A stretch of 64,000 nucleotides of DNA, taken from the NCBI GenBank assembly GCA_965243135.1, contig OZ251539.1, positions 704,001-768,000 of the forward strand. The letters are read 5' to 3'. Source of the DNA: Alphaproteobacteria bacterium. GTDB taxonomy: Bacteria; Pseudomonadota; Alphaproteobacteria; MPNO01; UBA830. The first letter of the stretch is position 1. Every line of letters begins with the position of its first letter. The notes beneath the pieces were generated by a model, which was given only the letters and a program-made list of their open reading frames with translations, made no database searches and was not told where the DNA came from. Made by a program: the position numbers and the translations under genes. Positions 19,360 to 29,642 of this stretch are shown one piece after another.

Positions 19360-20324
19360 CCTATCGCGAGGCGGTCGCCGCCGCTATCGCCCAGGAAATG
19401 CGCCGCGACGACGACGTGGTCTTTCTGGGCGAAGACGTCGCCGCGGCGGGAGGCGTGTTCAAGGCGACCGAGGGACTTCTGGACGAATTCGGACCGCGGC
19501 GCGTGCGCGATACGCCGATTTCCGAACAGGCGATTCTCGGGGCGGCGATGGGAGCCGCCATGACCGGACTGCGTCCGGTTGCGGAGATCATGTTCTCGGA
19601 TTTTCTGGCGGTATGCTGGGACATTGTCGCCAACGAGATCGCCAAGGCGCGCTACATGACGGGCGGCCAGATGTCGATGCCGCTGGTCGTGCGCACCGCC
19701 AACGGGGGCGGCTCCCGTTTCGGCGCTCAGCATTCCCAGTCGGTCGAGAACTGGGCGATGATGGTGCCCGGCCTCAAGGTCGTCGCGCCCGCGACGCCGG
19801 CCGACGTGAAAGGCCTGTTGGCGGCCGCCATACGGGATCCCGATCCTGTCCTGTTCTTCGAACAGAAATCGCTTTACCCGGTCAAGGGGGAGGTGCCGGA
19901 CGGCGAGCATGTCGACGAGTTGGGCGCCGCCAGGGTGCTCCGCCAGGGCGGCGACGTCACGATCTGCGCATTGGCCGCCATGACGCCGCGGGCGATGAAG
20001 GCGGCGGAAGAACTGTCCTCGGCGCACGGCATCGAGGCGACGGTGATCGATCTTCGCTCGCTCGTTCCGCTCGATACCCGGACGATCCTTTCCGAAGTGG
20101 CGAAGACCGGGCGACTGGTGACGGTGGAGGAGAATCCCCGCCTCTGCGGCTGGGGAGCGGAGATCGCGTCGCTCGTTGCCGACGAGATATTCTGGGAACT
20201 CGACGGGCCGGTGCTGCGCATCACCACCCCTCACGTACCGCTGCCGGCGGCGGACGCGCTGGAGGACGCCGCGATGCCCTCGGTCGAACGAATCGTGCGG
20301 GATATCGCGGCGCGAGTCGACTGA
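19347..20324 (+). CDS. Dehydrogenase E1 beta (AcoB/PdhB-like)
   Basis: TYREAV, GEDVA..GGVF, DTPISE, EIMFSDF, AQHSQ, DLRSLVPLD. Confidence 0.93.
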   Translation: MAELTYREAVAAAIAQEMRRDDDVVFLGEDVAAAGGVFKATEGLLDEFGPRRVRDTPISEQAILGAAMGAAMTGLRPVAEIMFSDFLAVCWDIVANEIAKARYMTGGQMSMPLVVRTANGGGSRFGAQHSQSVENWAMMVPGLKVVAPATPADVKGLLAAAIRDPDPVLFFEQKSLYPVKGEVPDGEHVDELGAARVLRQGGDVTICALAAMTPRAMKAAEELSSAHGIEATVIDLRSLVPLDTRTILSEVAKTGRLVTVEENPRLCGWGAEIASLVADEIFWELDGPVLRITTPHVPLPAADALEDAAMPSVERIVRDIAARVD

Positions 20325-21454
20325 TGGACGTGATCATGCCCCAGCTCGGCGAGACCGTGTCGGAGGGCACGGTTTCCGCCTGGCACAGGAAGGTGGGCGA
20401 TACCGTATCGGTCAAGGAAGCGTTGTTCGACGTTTCTTCCGACAAGGCGGAAATGGAGGTTCCTGCGCCGGCGGACGGAGTTCTGGCCGAAATCCGCATC
20501 GCGGAGGGCGAGACCGCGCCCGTGGGCGAGGTCGTGGCCGTTATCCAGCCGGAAGGAAAGGCGAAAGAAGAGCCTCCGCCGCAAGCCGGGCGCGGCGGTC
20601 CTTTGTCCCCGGCGGTTCGCCGCCTGCTGGAGAAGCACGGCCTCGACGCGGCGAGCATAGCCGGGACCGGAGCCGGAGGGCGGATCAAGAAGAAGGACGT
20701 TCTCGCCCGCCTCGCGATCTCGGCGCCGGCGTCGGACGATATCGAAATCATTCCGTTCGACAACCTGCGAAAACGCACCGCCGAGCATATGGTGCGCTCC
20801 AAGGCGACGAGTCCGCACGTGCTTCAGGCGGTCGAGGCGGATTTCCGCAAGGTGGCGCTCGCCCGCGCGGAGCGGGGCGAGGAATGGGCCGCGCGCGAAG
20901 GCTTTTCGCTGACGTGGTTGCCGTTCGTGGCGCGCGCGGTCTGCGCCGCGATCGGCGATTACCCGCGCGTAAACGGTTTCATCGAGGGGGAAGCGCTTGC
21001 GGTGCATCGCCGAATCCATCTCGCGATCGCGGTGGACCTCGATTTCGGCGGGCTGGTGGCGCCGGTCGTCCGCGATGCGCAGGACTTGTCGGTGGCGGCG
21101 CTGGCGCGAGCGTTCCGCGACGTTGCGACGCGCGCGCGGTCGCGACAGCTCGCGGCGGAGGAGTTCTCCGGGGGCACTTACACGATTTCCAACTCCGGGA
21201 TTTTCGGCACCTTGATCACCGCGCCGGTGATCAACCAGCCGCAGGTCGCGATCCTGTCGACCGACGGCGTATCGAGGAAGCCGGCGGTCGTGGAAAACGA
21301 TGGAAGCGAGGCCATCGGCATACGTCCGATCGGGGTGCTGGCGCAAAGCTTCGATCACCGCGCATTCGACGGCGCCTATTCCGCGGCGTTTCTCGCGCGG
21401 CTGCGCGAGACGATCGAGACGACGGACTGGACGGCGGCTCTCGACGAACTATAG
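20324..21454 (+). CDS. Dihydrolipoamide acyltransferase E2
   Basis: MPQLGETVSEG, lipoyl site SDKAEMEVPAP, E3-binding SPAVRRL..GTGAGGRI, catalytic SFDHRAFDG. Confidence 0.92.
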   Translation: MDVIMPQLGETVSEGTVSAWHRKVGDTVSVKEALFDVSSDKAEMEVPAPADGVLAEIRIAEGETAPVGEVVAVIQPEGKAKEEPPPQAGRGGPLSPAVRRLLEKHGLDAASIAGTGAGGRIKKKDVLARLAISAPASDDIEIIPFDNLRKRTAEHMVRSKATSPHVLQAVEADFRKVALARAERGEEWAAREGFSLTWLPFVARAVCAAIGDYPRVNGFIEGEALAVHRRIHLAIAVDLDFGGLVAPVVRDAQDLSVAALARAFRDVATRARSRQLAAEEFSGGTYTISNSGIFGTLITAPVINQPQVAILSTDGVSRKPAVVENDGSEAIGIRPIGVLAQSFDHRAFDGAYSAAFLARLRETIETTDWTAALDEL

Positions 21455-22779
21455 AAGCGCGGCGCGATGTCTCCCGCGCCGTCAATTTCATGGCAGTGTG
21501 AGCCGCAAAGCTCTGGAGCGCCGATTTGCTATTGATGCGCGATTTATCCGAGCCGCCGGTCGCAAATGCCGTTCCGCGAATCAAGGAGTTTCAGGCGGCG
21601 GCGCCTCTTCGGGAGTTCGGGCGCGCAACGCCGAGGACCGTCCTGCATCGCCGCGATGCCCGAACCCGGAACGGTTACGTTGCAGCATGATGCGGCGCGG
21701 GGGACCCATGCCCAAGGTCGCCTGCGCGCGGGCCGGGCGTTCGTTTGCGCACGTTCCCGCTGGAACGCCGACCGCGCCGTTCGCCCTCTTGGCCGTGGGG
21801 CTGAGGAGGAAACCGGGCGGTTCACGTCGCGCTCGACGCACCCGGCTGGCGGCCTGTCCGGCGGCTGGCCGTTTCCGCCGTCAGCCTGCCCTTTCCGAAT
21901 GCCGCTCCTGGCATGCTCTGATTCCATAACCGCCGCCAACACCGGCAGCGAATATGCCAATGACTTCGAGTATCTCAAGGTAATGGGCCGGATAAGCGGG
22001 CAATGGAAGCCATGCGAGAAATACGAAGACGAGAACACCGAGTAACCAAGTCGAAACCATCGGTCGCTTTTGCGAATCTATCGTTCTTGTTGGTCTTCGC
22101 CGTGCGTTTATCCGAGAAACTGAGCGATGCGTTCGCTCTCGAACTTGTCGAGAAGAGGATGGTAAGCGGGGCCGATCAAACCCTGCCGTTCGCTCAATCG
22201 ATATTGAGGACTGAGCGTCCGCTCCTTCCCGTTCAGGATCAGTCGTATTTCCGATCCCCGACCTCAGCGCAACTTGCGCTCGAAGGATTTAACCGACTTG
22301 CGGAGTCGGCGAACAAATCTGGGCGCCAGCCCTTCTTGCGGATCAAGCATGCGCCGCTCCATGGCGCCGAGAATCAAACCACAGGCCCATGCATTGGCGA
22401 TTTTCGTCTTTGTTTCTTCATCGCATTCTTCGATCCTGAGCGAACCCTTGGCAAGAGCCGCCCGTTCTTTTTCCCGCAAAGGGCGGCGGAGCGCCTTAAG
22501 CGAAGGAATTGACGCTGCGACTCTATCCTCAGAAGGAATGTAACTCATCCAGCGTGCTTTCCGCATTGATCATTCGCCTCATCTTGCCACAGTTTCAAAT
22601 TCGGACAGCCAAGGATCGCTTCTTAACATATCCACTCTTCCAAGCGAACGCCCATATCGCTCGCCGTGCGCGCGGCGACCACGGACAGAAGCCTGCCCAC
22701 GACCTCTGTCTCGCCCCTGATTGCAAGTGCCTGGAAATGCTGTCCTGCGGAATCCGCCAGACCGGGTTCATGGCCGCGC

Positions 22780-23110
22780 ACGAAGTCGGATCGTTCGCGC
22801 CCTCGATAGCCCCGGAGACGCTGAAATTGAGGAACGGTTGGCGAAATGCCGGGCCGGCAACGGTCTTGTGCGCATGCAGCGGGCTGCCGAATACGCCCGG
22901 AGCCTCGAGGATCTGGTACCCTTGAGGAAGCCTGCCGAAAAATTCCACCGCACCGAGTTGCAGGCCCTCAATCAGGCGCGGAATCTTGCCGGGCGGCGCT
23001 GACGGGTCGAATTCCGTTCCGATCGCGCCATCCGGCTTCTCCTCGACCTTTCTTGCCATTTCCTGAATGAACTCGTGCAGCGGGTTACTGACGACCGCCA
23101 GTATCATCAT
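22780..23110 (-). pseudogene. Truncated, degenerate DctP paralog
   Basis: GKIPRLIEGLQLG..LEAPGVF..LHAHKTV..PAFRQPFL resembles 4139-5137 (GKIPRQIEGIQLG..DAPGVF..LHQHRAV..PSFRDKFM). The C-terminal half is missing. Confidence 0.7.
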
Positions 23111-23256
23111 GCGGCTTTCGCTCCCGCTGGAGACGCGGCGGCGCTCGCCGTCGCCGCCGCGAAGGCTGTAGAGCCTGCCAATACGCGACTCGACATGATT
23201 CTTCTCCTCCTCGAACTGGCCTGACCATAGAACAAGTCGGCCTTCTCGCCCACCGT

Positions 23257-24660
23257 TCAGGTGTCAAGGTAATCCTCTAGCCGGATGCGATTCCATGCCT
23301 CTTCGGGCGGACGAATCCGTTCCGCGAAGGGCAGGGTGACGGGGCGCGTCGCATCGATGATCAACTTGGTCTGCATCGGTCCCTTGCTGGTGCGCACTTC
23401 GCCATAAGCTGACGGGTCGAGATGGGCGCCCATGGCATAAGGAATGGTCGTCACGCCGCGGTCGGCCTGGAGATGGGTCGAGATCGCCCACCACATCTCG
23501 CGTTCGTCGTAGATGTTCACGTCCTCGTCGACCACGACGGCGATCTTGAGATTGGGTTCCGCCGCGATGGCGGCGATGCCCGCGGATTTTCCTTCGCCCT
23601 GCACGCGTTTTCGGATCGAGATGAAGGCGGTGAAGATGCAGGTGCCGCAAGGGGGCAGGTGAACCGCCGTCACCGAGGGCACCAGCTTTGCAACGGAGTT
23701 GTATACCGTGCTCTCGTGGCTCAGCGCGCCCGCGAGATTATGTTCCCGGTGCGCGGGATCGAGATCGTGATAGATCGCATCCTTGCGCATGGTGATCGCG
23801 CGAACCTGAAGCAAGCCGACGGGATCCTTTTCGGGTCCGTAGAACCCCGTGAATTCCGAGAAAGGACCGTCGCTGGTTTCCCTGGCGGGATCGAGTACGC
23901 CCTCGATCGCGATCTCCGCCCACGCCGGAACCGGGATATCCACGGATTCGCCCGCGACGACTTCCAGAGGTTCTCCCATCAACCCGCCCATGACGCGATA
24001 CTCGTCGCTGTCCATGGGTTGCTTGGAGAGCGCGCCGAGAATGGCGGCCGGGTGGTGGCCGATGAAAAGCACCGCTTCCATCGGCTTCTTCAGTTCCTTG
24101 TATTTCCGATAGATGTAGCCCGCGTGGTGCGCCGGGTTGAACATGCAGGCGATTTCGTTGCGGCCCTTGATCTCGTGGCGGTAGACGCCTGCGTTCAGGA
24201 TTCCGGTCTCCGGGTCCCTGACCACGAGAACGCCGATCGAGATGTACTTGCCGGAGTTCTTCTCCGCGTGCTTGACGACCGGGATCCTGGAGAGATCGAT
24301 GTCCGCTCCCTCGATCACGGTCTGTTTGACCGGGGCGTCGCCGCGGTCGATGGCGACGGAGTCTACGGGCTGGGCAATGCGTTCGCGGAACGTGGAGAGA
24401 ATGGCGCTTCTGGGCTCCCCGGGGTCGACGCCGAGAGCGAGACCGAGAAGGTCGTAGCTGCCGAAAAGATTGGTGACCAGCGGCATGTCCGCACCGGCGA
24501 GGTTCTCGAACCGGATAACGGGATACCGGTCCTGCGCCGCCAACTTCTGCTGAATGACCGGCGGTTCGTAGACCGGCTCGACCCGGCGCGACACCGTCGC
24601 GAAATAATCCGGTCCTTTTTGCCGCATTTCTGCGAGAAACTGATGGAGGTCCTTGTTCAT
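23257..24660 (-). CDS. UbiD-family (prFMN-dependent) decarboxylase
   Basis: NLFGS, NAGVYR, VPAWAEIAIEG, DGPFSEFTGFY, VVVDEDVNIYD, KLIIDAT. Confidence 0.92.
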   Translation of the reverse strand: MNKDLHQFLAEMRQKGPDYFATVSRRVEPVYEPPVIQQKLAAQDRYPVIRFENLAGADMPLVTNLFGSYDLLGLALGVDPGEPRSAILSTFRERIAQPVDSVAIDRGDAPVKQTVIEGADIDLSRIPVVKHAEKNSGKYISIGVLVVRDPETGILNAGVYRHEIKGRNEIACMFNPAHHAGYIYRKYKELKKPMEAVLFIGHHPAAILGALSKQPMDSDEYRVMGGLMGEPLEVVAGESVDIPVPAWAEIAIEGVLDPARETSDGPFSEFTGFYGPEKDPVGLLQVRAITMRKDAIYHDLDPAHREHNLAGALSHESTVYNSVAKLVPSVTAVHLPPCGTCIFTAFISIRKRVQGEGKSAGIAAIAAEPNLKIAVVVDEDVNIYDEREMWWAISTHLQADRGVTTIPYAMGAHLDPSAYGEVRTSKGPMQTKLIIDATRPVTLPFAERIRPPEEAWNRIRLEDYLDT

Positions 24661-24999
24661 GCGTCGATGTCCTTCCGTATCTGCGTTGTCGCGGAGGCGT
24701 TGGCGGGCATTATACAGGTTGATTCTCCGCTTCAGACTGCAATGAAGCCTGGGCAGCGAGAGCCAGCCCGTGTTTCTTCCGTCGGGATGTTCGGTCGGGC
24801 CGACCGGCCGCCGACATGGGTAGGACGCATCATGCCGGTCCGGAAAAGGCGGTAGCGCAAGAGACCGCCGAACGACGAACCGGCCGGCGCTCTCGGTGAG
24901 CATCCTGCGTTGTTCGCTGGATGCGTACGACCGTAGGGCCAGCATCAAGCCGACTGTGCATCGTCATGTACCGCGCTGTCCAGCTGTTGGGGCGAACGG

Positions 25000-25225
25000 G
25001 AAGCAGATGCGGCATTCATTGCTTCACGGACCATCGCGACTGCGGCGTTTGCGAGAGGCACAGGAACGCCATCGGCGATTCTTATGTCGACCGCGCTGCC
25101 CGAGCCGGAATTCCTGACGCTCGGAAGTGGTCAGGCTCTGCGACCCTCGCAGAAAGGAATGAAACCCGGTTTTGGATTCAGACTGGCTCGGCGGCGTTTC
25201 AGGGATCGTGCAACGCGGTTGCTAT
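25000..25225 (-). pseudogene. RloB-like remnant
   Basis: SLKRRRASLNPKPGFIPFCEG followed by a stop, then DIRIADGVPVPLANAAV. Resembles the RloB N-terminus and sits immediately after an RloA-like ATPase. Confidence 0.55.
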
Positions 25226-26496
25226 TGCGACGCGCAATGGATCGAAACCAGTTCATCGCGGGGCGTGGCTCCGTAACGGCCTTCCAGGTACCATCGCTCG
25301 ATATTTTCGCCCTTCCGGACCCTGTAATCGGTAAGCGGGTATAGACGCGTGGCACCGCTGGAATCTTTCTCGACGAACCAGAGTTGATCTCGTCGCAAAT
25401 ACGGCAGGTTCATCAAGTTGGTGTCGTGGGTGGTTGCCACGACCTGCGCGCCGTTCGGATTGGTTTCGGGCGATCCGAACAGGTCCAGCACCGACTTGCA
25501 TGCATGCGCATGCAGGCTGGCGTCCAGTTCGTCGATAAACAGCGGCGCACCATTGTCCAGCGCGCGAAATGCTTGAGCGAGCAAAACCAGCAACCGCCGC
25601 GTTCCGGCGCTTTCCCTGTCCAGTTCGAAATAGACCGTCTCGCCGCTGCGGTCGCGGTGAGCGAGTTCGATAGCGACATTTTTGTCCGCATTTCCTTCGA
25701 CCGCCAAATCGCCTTCGGAAAATCTCCGAATCGTCGCAGTGATTTCCCGGTCGAGCTTTCTTTCCATATCGGACATCGCCGTTTCGTTCTTCCGATAACC
25801 AACGACGCCGGTATTTAATTCCTTAAGGAAGCGGATTGCGCGTGGATCCGGTTCTTCTTCAGCTAATTTGGCCGACGCCATCGAACCCGGAACCGAGATA
25901 TTTCGAACGACTCGAATGGACCTGAAATATTCGTATACCATTGAAAGGTATTCGTGTCGGTTCTGGGCCGCAGCAGATAGGTAAAGGCTGTTGGATCGCG
26001 TCAACGCGGCTATGGTGTCGTTTTTTCCTTTCAACCAGCGGCCGAAACGGTATTCGCCGCATTGGCGCTCGAACAGCGTCCTCCGGTACGACTTGGGAAA
26101 GGCGTACAGCCACTCGGACTCGAAGGTCTCGTCCGACGCTTCGAAACCGTATCGATGGTGGACGTCGTCGAGAAGGAAGTCGATTTCGAAGTGCGAGCGA
26201 GTCCGGAGGCTGGCCGGATCAAGTTTGAAGGGACTGCGCGGAACCCCGCCGCTCGGCTCTCCCCGCGTATGCGAATGCAGCACCATCGCGCGCATGGCCT
26301 CAATTGCATCCACCAGATTGCTCTTGCCGGATGCATTGGCGCCGTACAGTACGACCGTCGGCACGACGAGGCCGTTCGGAACCGTTTCGCACGGTATCAG
26401 CCCGTCCGTTCGATCTTTCAAGGACGACGCCGAGAGCAGCAGTTCCTGAGAGTCGCGTATCGACAGATGGTTCGATACGCAGAAACGTAGCATCAT
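25222..26496 (-). CDS. AAA_21 ATPase, RloA-like (abortive infection/defence associated)
   Basis: LRFCVSNHLSIRD, Walker A GANASGKS, ESAGTRR, IDELDASLH, AQVVATTHD, LRRDQLWFVEKD, YLEGRYGA. Confidence 0.88.
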   Translation of the reverse strand: MMLRFCVSNHLSIRDSQELLLSASSLKDRTDGLIPCETVPNGLVVPTVVLYGANASGKSNLVDAIEAMRAMVLHSHTRGEPSGGVPRSPFKLDPASLRTRSHFEIDFLLDDVHHRYGFEASDETFESEWLYAFPKSYRRTLFERQCGEYRFGRWLKGKNDTIAALTRSNSLYLSAAAQNRHEYLSMVYEYFRSIRVVRNISVPGSMASAKLAEEEPDPRAIRFLKELNTGVVGYRKNETAMSDMERKLDREITATIRRFSEGDLAVEGNADKNVAIELAHRDRSGETVYFELDRESAGTRRLLVLLAQAFRALDNGAPLFIDELDASLHAHACKSVLDLFGSPETNPNGAQVVATTHDTNLMNLPYLRRDQLWFVEKDSSGATRLYPLTDYRVRKGENIERWYLEGRYGATPRDELVSIHCASQ

Positions 26497-26913
26497 GGGA
26501 TTGCACCCTGGCCAGCGCAAGAACCGAACAAATATGCTCAAATTCGGCGTATTTTTGAAGTAATTGCAAATTTCGCAACGGAACGGCGTCGCAAGCATGA
26601 CGGGAAGCGAGCGGGGACAGGCCGAAAATTCCAGCCCAGACCCGGCAAAATTCCGTGATGCGCCAGGCTATGGAATACAGGCATGTTCCCGGTGGGCGCG
26701 CGTGCGGCGGTTTCGTCGCGGCGCGCCTTTTCGCTCGATGGCGCACAGGCTCTCGCAGGCTGGCACTGCCCGCGACGCTCGACGCGGATCGTCCGGAGCT
26801 TGTCGCCGATCTGCGGTCTGGGAGCGATATGATAGTCTGAAGCGCGCTTGAAGAATCTGGCCGCCGCCGATGACCGGAAATCGGCGAACCGCCCGGAACG
26901 CCTCGGAAATGCA

Positions 26914-28536
26914 ATGGATCGTTACGAAGACAATCTGGGTTACTTCAATCGGAGAGCGGCGCGCGAACACCCGGACCGCATCGCTGTCGTCGATCTGTCG
27001 CGGCCCGAGCCGCTGGAAATTTCCCACGCCGCCCTCGATGCGCGCATGGACCGCGTCGCGGCGGCGCTTCAGCGCTTCGGAATGCGATGCGGCGACCGGC
27101 TGCTCCTCGCCATGGAAAACCGGTCGGAGTTCATCGAAGCGTTCTTCGGCGCGATGCGGGCCGGCGTGGTGCCGATTCCGCTGAATCACAGGCTTGGCGC
27201 GGACACCATCCGGTTCATCGTCCGGGATTCGGGCGCCCGGGCCGCGATCGTCGAATGCCGCGAAGAGATCCGGATGATCGTCGAGGAAAGCGGCCTGACT
27301 CCTCGCGTCGCCACTGCGCCGGCGCCCGACGGGTGGCAGGACTACGAAACCGTTCTGAGCGGCGGATCGGAGGCGGTCCCGCCGGAAATCTCCCCGCGGC
27401 AGGTCGCGTTTCTGCCCTATACGTCGGGTTCGACCGGCCGGCCCAAGGGCGTGATGCTGCCGCACGACGGCATGCTTTGGGGAATTCGGGCGGCCCAGAA
27501 GTACTGGCCTGCGTCTCCCGACGATCGCGCTCTGATCGCCGGGCCGCTGTTCCACAAGAATGCGATGCGGGTATCGGTCAAGCCCAAGCTGCGGGTCGGC
27601 GGTTCGGTTGTGATCCTGCCGCGTTTCGAGCCGCGCATGTTTTTGCGGGCGCTCGCCGAATGCGGATGCACCCATGCAGGAGGGGTGCCGGCGATGTACC
27701 GCTTGGCCCTCGCAGAGCGGGAACTGCTTGCGGGATTGCGCTTTCCGCGCCTGCGCAGTCTCGAAATGGGCTCCGCCGTCGTCGGAGCCGATCTGATTCG
27801 CGACGTGGAGACGGCGTTCGGCGCGCCGGTTCACGAGGCTTACGGATTGACGGAAGGCGGCGGACCGTTGCGCGAGCCGGTCGATGGCGGAGCCGCGCCG
27901 AGAGGGAGTTGCGGATTGGCCGCGCCGGAAGTCGAGGTCAGGCTGGTTGGCGAGGACGGGCGCGAGAATCCTCGTCATGGCGAGCTCTGGGTGCGGTCTC
28001 CGGCAGTGCTTGTCGGTTACAACAACCGCCCCGAACTCGATGCCGAACGTTTGGTGGACGGTTTCTTGCGCACCGGCGACGTCTTCCGGCGCGACGAGAA
28101 CGGTTTCTTCTATTTCATGGGCCGCATCGACGACCAGTTTTCCTGCGGCGGCGAGAACATCTACCCCAAGGAAGTGGAGTTGCTGCTGGCGCAGCACCCG
28201 GACGTGATCGATGCGGTGGTCGCGCCGGTTCCGCACGCGGTCAAGGGTCTGGCTCCCGCCGCGCTCGTCGTGCTGCGCGAGGCGCCGGGTCCGGGCGAGG
28301 AGGAACTTCGGCGCTTTGCGCTGGAACGCGGTCCGGCCTACGCGCATCCGCGCAGAATCTTTTCTGTCGCCGAACTGCCGCTCAACGGCGCCGGCAAGAT
28401 CGATCGCGCGGCGGCGCGGGCGCAGATAAAAGCGCGCATCGGCGGCGTTCTCGGCGCGCAGGTTGTTGATCGAGGTTTACCGCCTCCTGCGTTGGACGCG
28501 GCCCTCCGGCGCGACGACGGAAATGGATCCGGCTGA
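26914..28536 (+). CDS. Class I adenylate-forming enzyme (acyl-CoA ligase)
   Basis: YTSGSTGRPKG, YGLTEGG, LRTGD, GGENIYPKEVE, LPLNGAGKIDR. Confidence 0.92.
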   Translation: MDRYEDNLGYFNRRAAREHPDRIAVVDLSRPEPLEISHAALDARMDRVAAALQRFGMRCGDRLLLAMENRSEFIEAFFGAMRAGVVPIPLNHRLGADTIRFIVRDSGARAAIVECREEIRMIVEESGLTPRVATAPAPDGWQDYETVLSGGSEAVPPEISPRQVAFLPYTSGSTGRPKGVMLPHDGMLWGIRAAQKYWPASPDDRALIAGPLFHKNAMRVSVKPKLRVGGSVVILPRFEPRMFLRALAECGCTHAGGVPAMYRLALAERELLAGLRFPRLRSLEMGSAVVGADLIRDVETAFGAPVHEAYGLTEGGGPLREPVDGGAAPRGSCGLAAPEVEVRLVGEDGRENPRHGELWVRSPAVLVGYNNRPELDAERLVDGFLRTGDVFRRDENGFFYFMGRIDDQFSCGGENIYPKEVELLLAQHPDVIDAVVAPVPHAVKGLAPAALVVLREAPGPGEEELRRFALERGPAYAHPRRIFSVAELPLNGAGKIDRAAARAQIKARIGGVLGAQVVDRGLPPPALDAALRRDDGNGSG

Positions 28537-28664
28537 CGCCGAAGCCTGCGGCACGAGAGAGCCCGCGCGGCGGCGGCGATTCGTCCGCGAGCGCACCGGC
28601 CCGCTTCACCAGCCTTTCGCCGGCAAGTTCAGCGAGCCGCGACCGCCCTGTTTCTCGCTTCGCG

Positions 28665-29642
28665 TCAGGGGATAAGGACGATCTTTCCGAAGAAGCCGCG
28701 GTCTTCCATCAGCGTTTCCGCCGCGGCGAGTTCGCGGAGCGGGAACGCGCGGCCGACGACCGGCTTCAACCGACCGGCCGCGACATGCGCGACGCATTGC
28801 GCCACGTCTTCCTGCGAGTAGGAATTCGATCCCAGGACGTCGAGTTCGCGTACCCACAGGAACCGGAGATCGGTGTGCGGATCGTGGCCCGCGGTCGCGC
28901 CGCAGGTCAGCACCCGTCCGCCTTTTCTTGCCGCCCGCAGCGACGCCGCCCACGTGTCGCCGCCCGTGAAGTTGACCACCACGTCGCAACCGGTCTTCCC
29001 GGTCAGCGTCCAGGCGGCCCGGCTGAAATCCTCGTCGGCGTAGTTGATCGCATGGTCGGCGCCGAGCTCGATAAGACGGTCGCATTTTTCCCGCGAGCCG
29101 GCGGCGGCGATCACGCGCGCTCCGGCCATCTTGCCGAGCTGCAGGCAGGCGATCCCGACTCCGCCGCTGGCGCCGAGGACCAGCATGGTCTCGCCCGCCT
29201 CGAGCCGGCCGCGCGCGAACAGCATGCGTTGCGCGGTGCCGTAATTGATCGGTATCGCCGCCGCAGTCTCGAACGGGACGTTGCCGGGCAGGGCGACGAG
29301 ATTGGAGGCCGGGACGCGAACCAGTTCGGCGAGGCCGCCGATCAATTCCTCGCCGATCATGCCCTCGTCGGTCTGCGGATTGACCGTCACGCGGTCGCCT
29401 TCGGACCAGCCGCGGACGTTTTCGCCCAGCCGGTCCACGGTGCCCGCGATGTCGCCCCCGGAAATGAACGGCATCGGCACCGGGAAGCCCGGCATGCCGC
29501 GGCGCACGAAGATATCGAGATGGTTGAGTCCGCACGCGGCCACCCGGACGATCGCGTCGTCCGGACCGGGAACCGGGTCGTCCCAGTCGCGGTAGACGAT
29601 GTTTTCCGCGCCGCCCTGCCTTTCGATAACCGCCGCCTTCAT
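28665..29642 (-). CDS. MDR-family alcohol dehydrogenase / quinone oxidoreductase
   Basis: MKAAVI, ACGLNHLD, GGDIAG, LGASGGVG, GKIVL. Confidence 0.9.
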   Translation of the reverse strand: MKAAVIERQGGAENIVYRDWDDPVPGPDDAIVRVAACGLNHLDIFVRRGMPGFPVPMPFISGGDIAGTVDRLGENVRGWSEGDRVTVNPQTDEGMIGEELIGGLAELVRVPASNLVALPGNVPFETAAAIPINYGTAQRMLFARGRLEAGETMLVLGASGGVGIACLQLGKMAGARVIAAAGSREKCDRLIELGADHAINYADEDFSRAAWTLTGKTGCDVVVNFTGGDTWAASLRAARKGGRVLTCGATAGHDPHTDLRFLWVRELDVLGSNSYSQEDVAQCVAHVAAGRLKPVVGRAFPLRELAAAETLMEDRGFFGKIVLIP

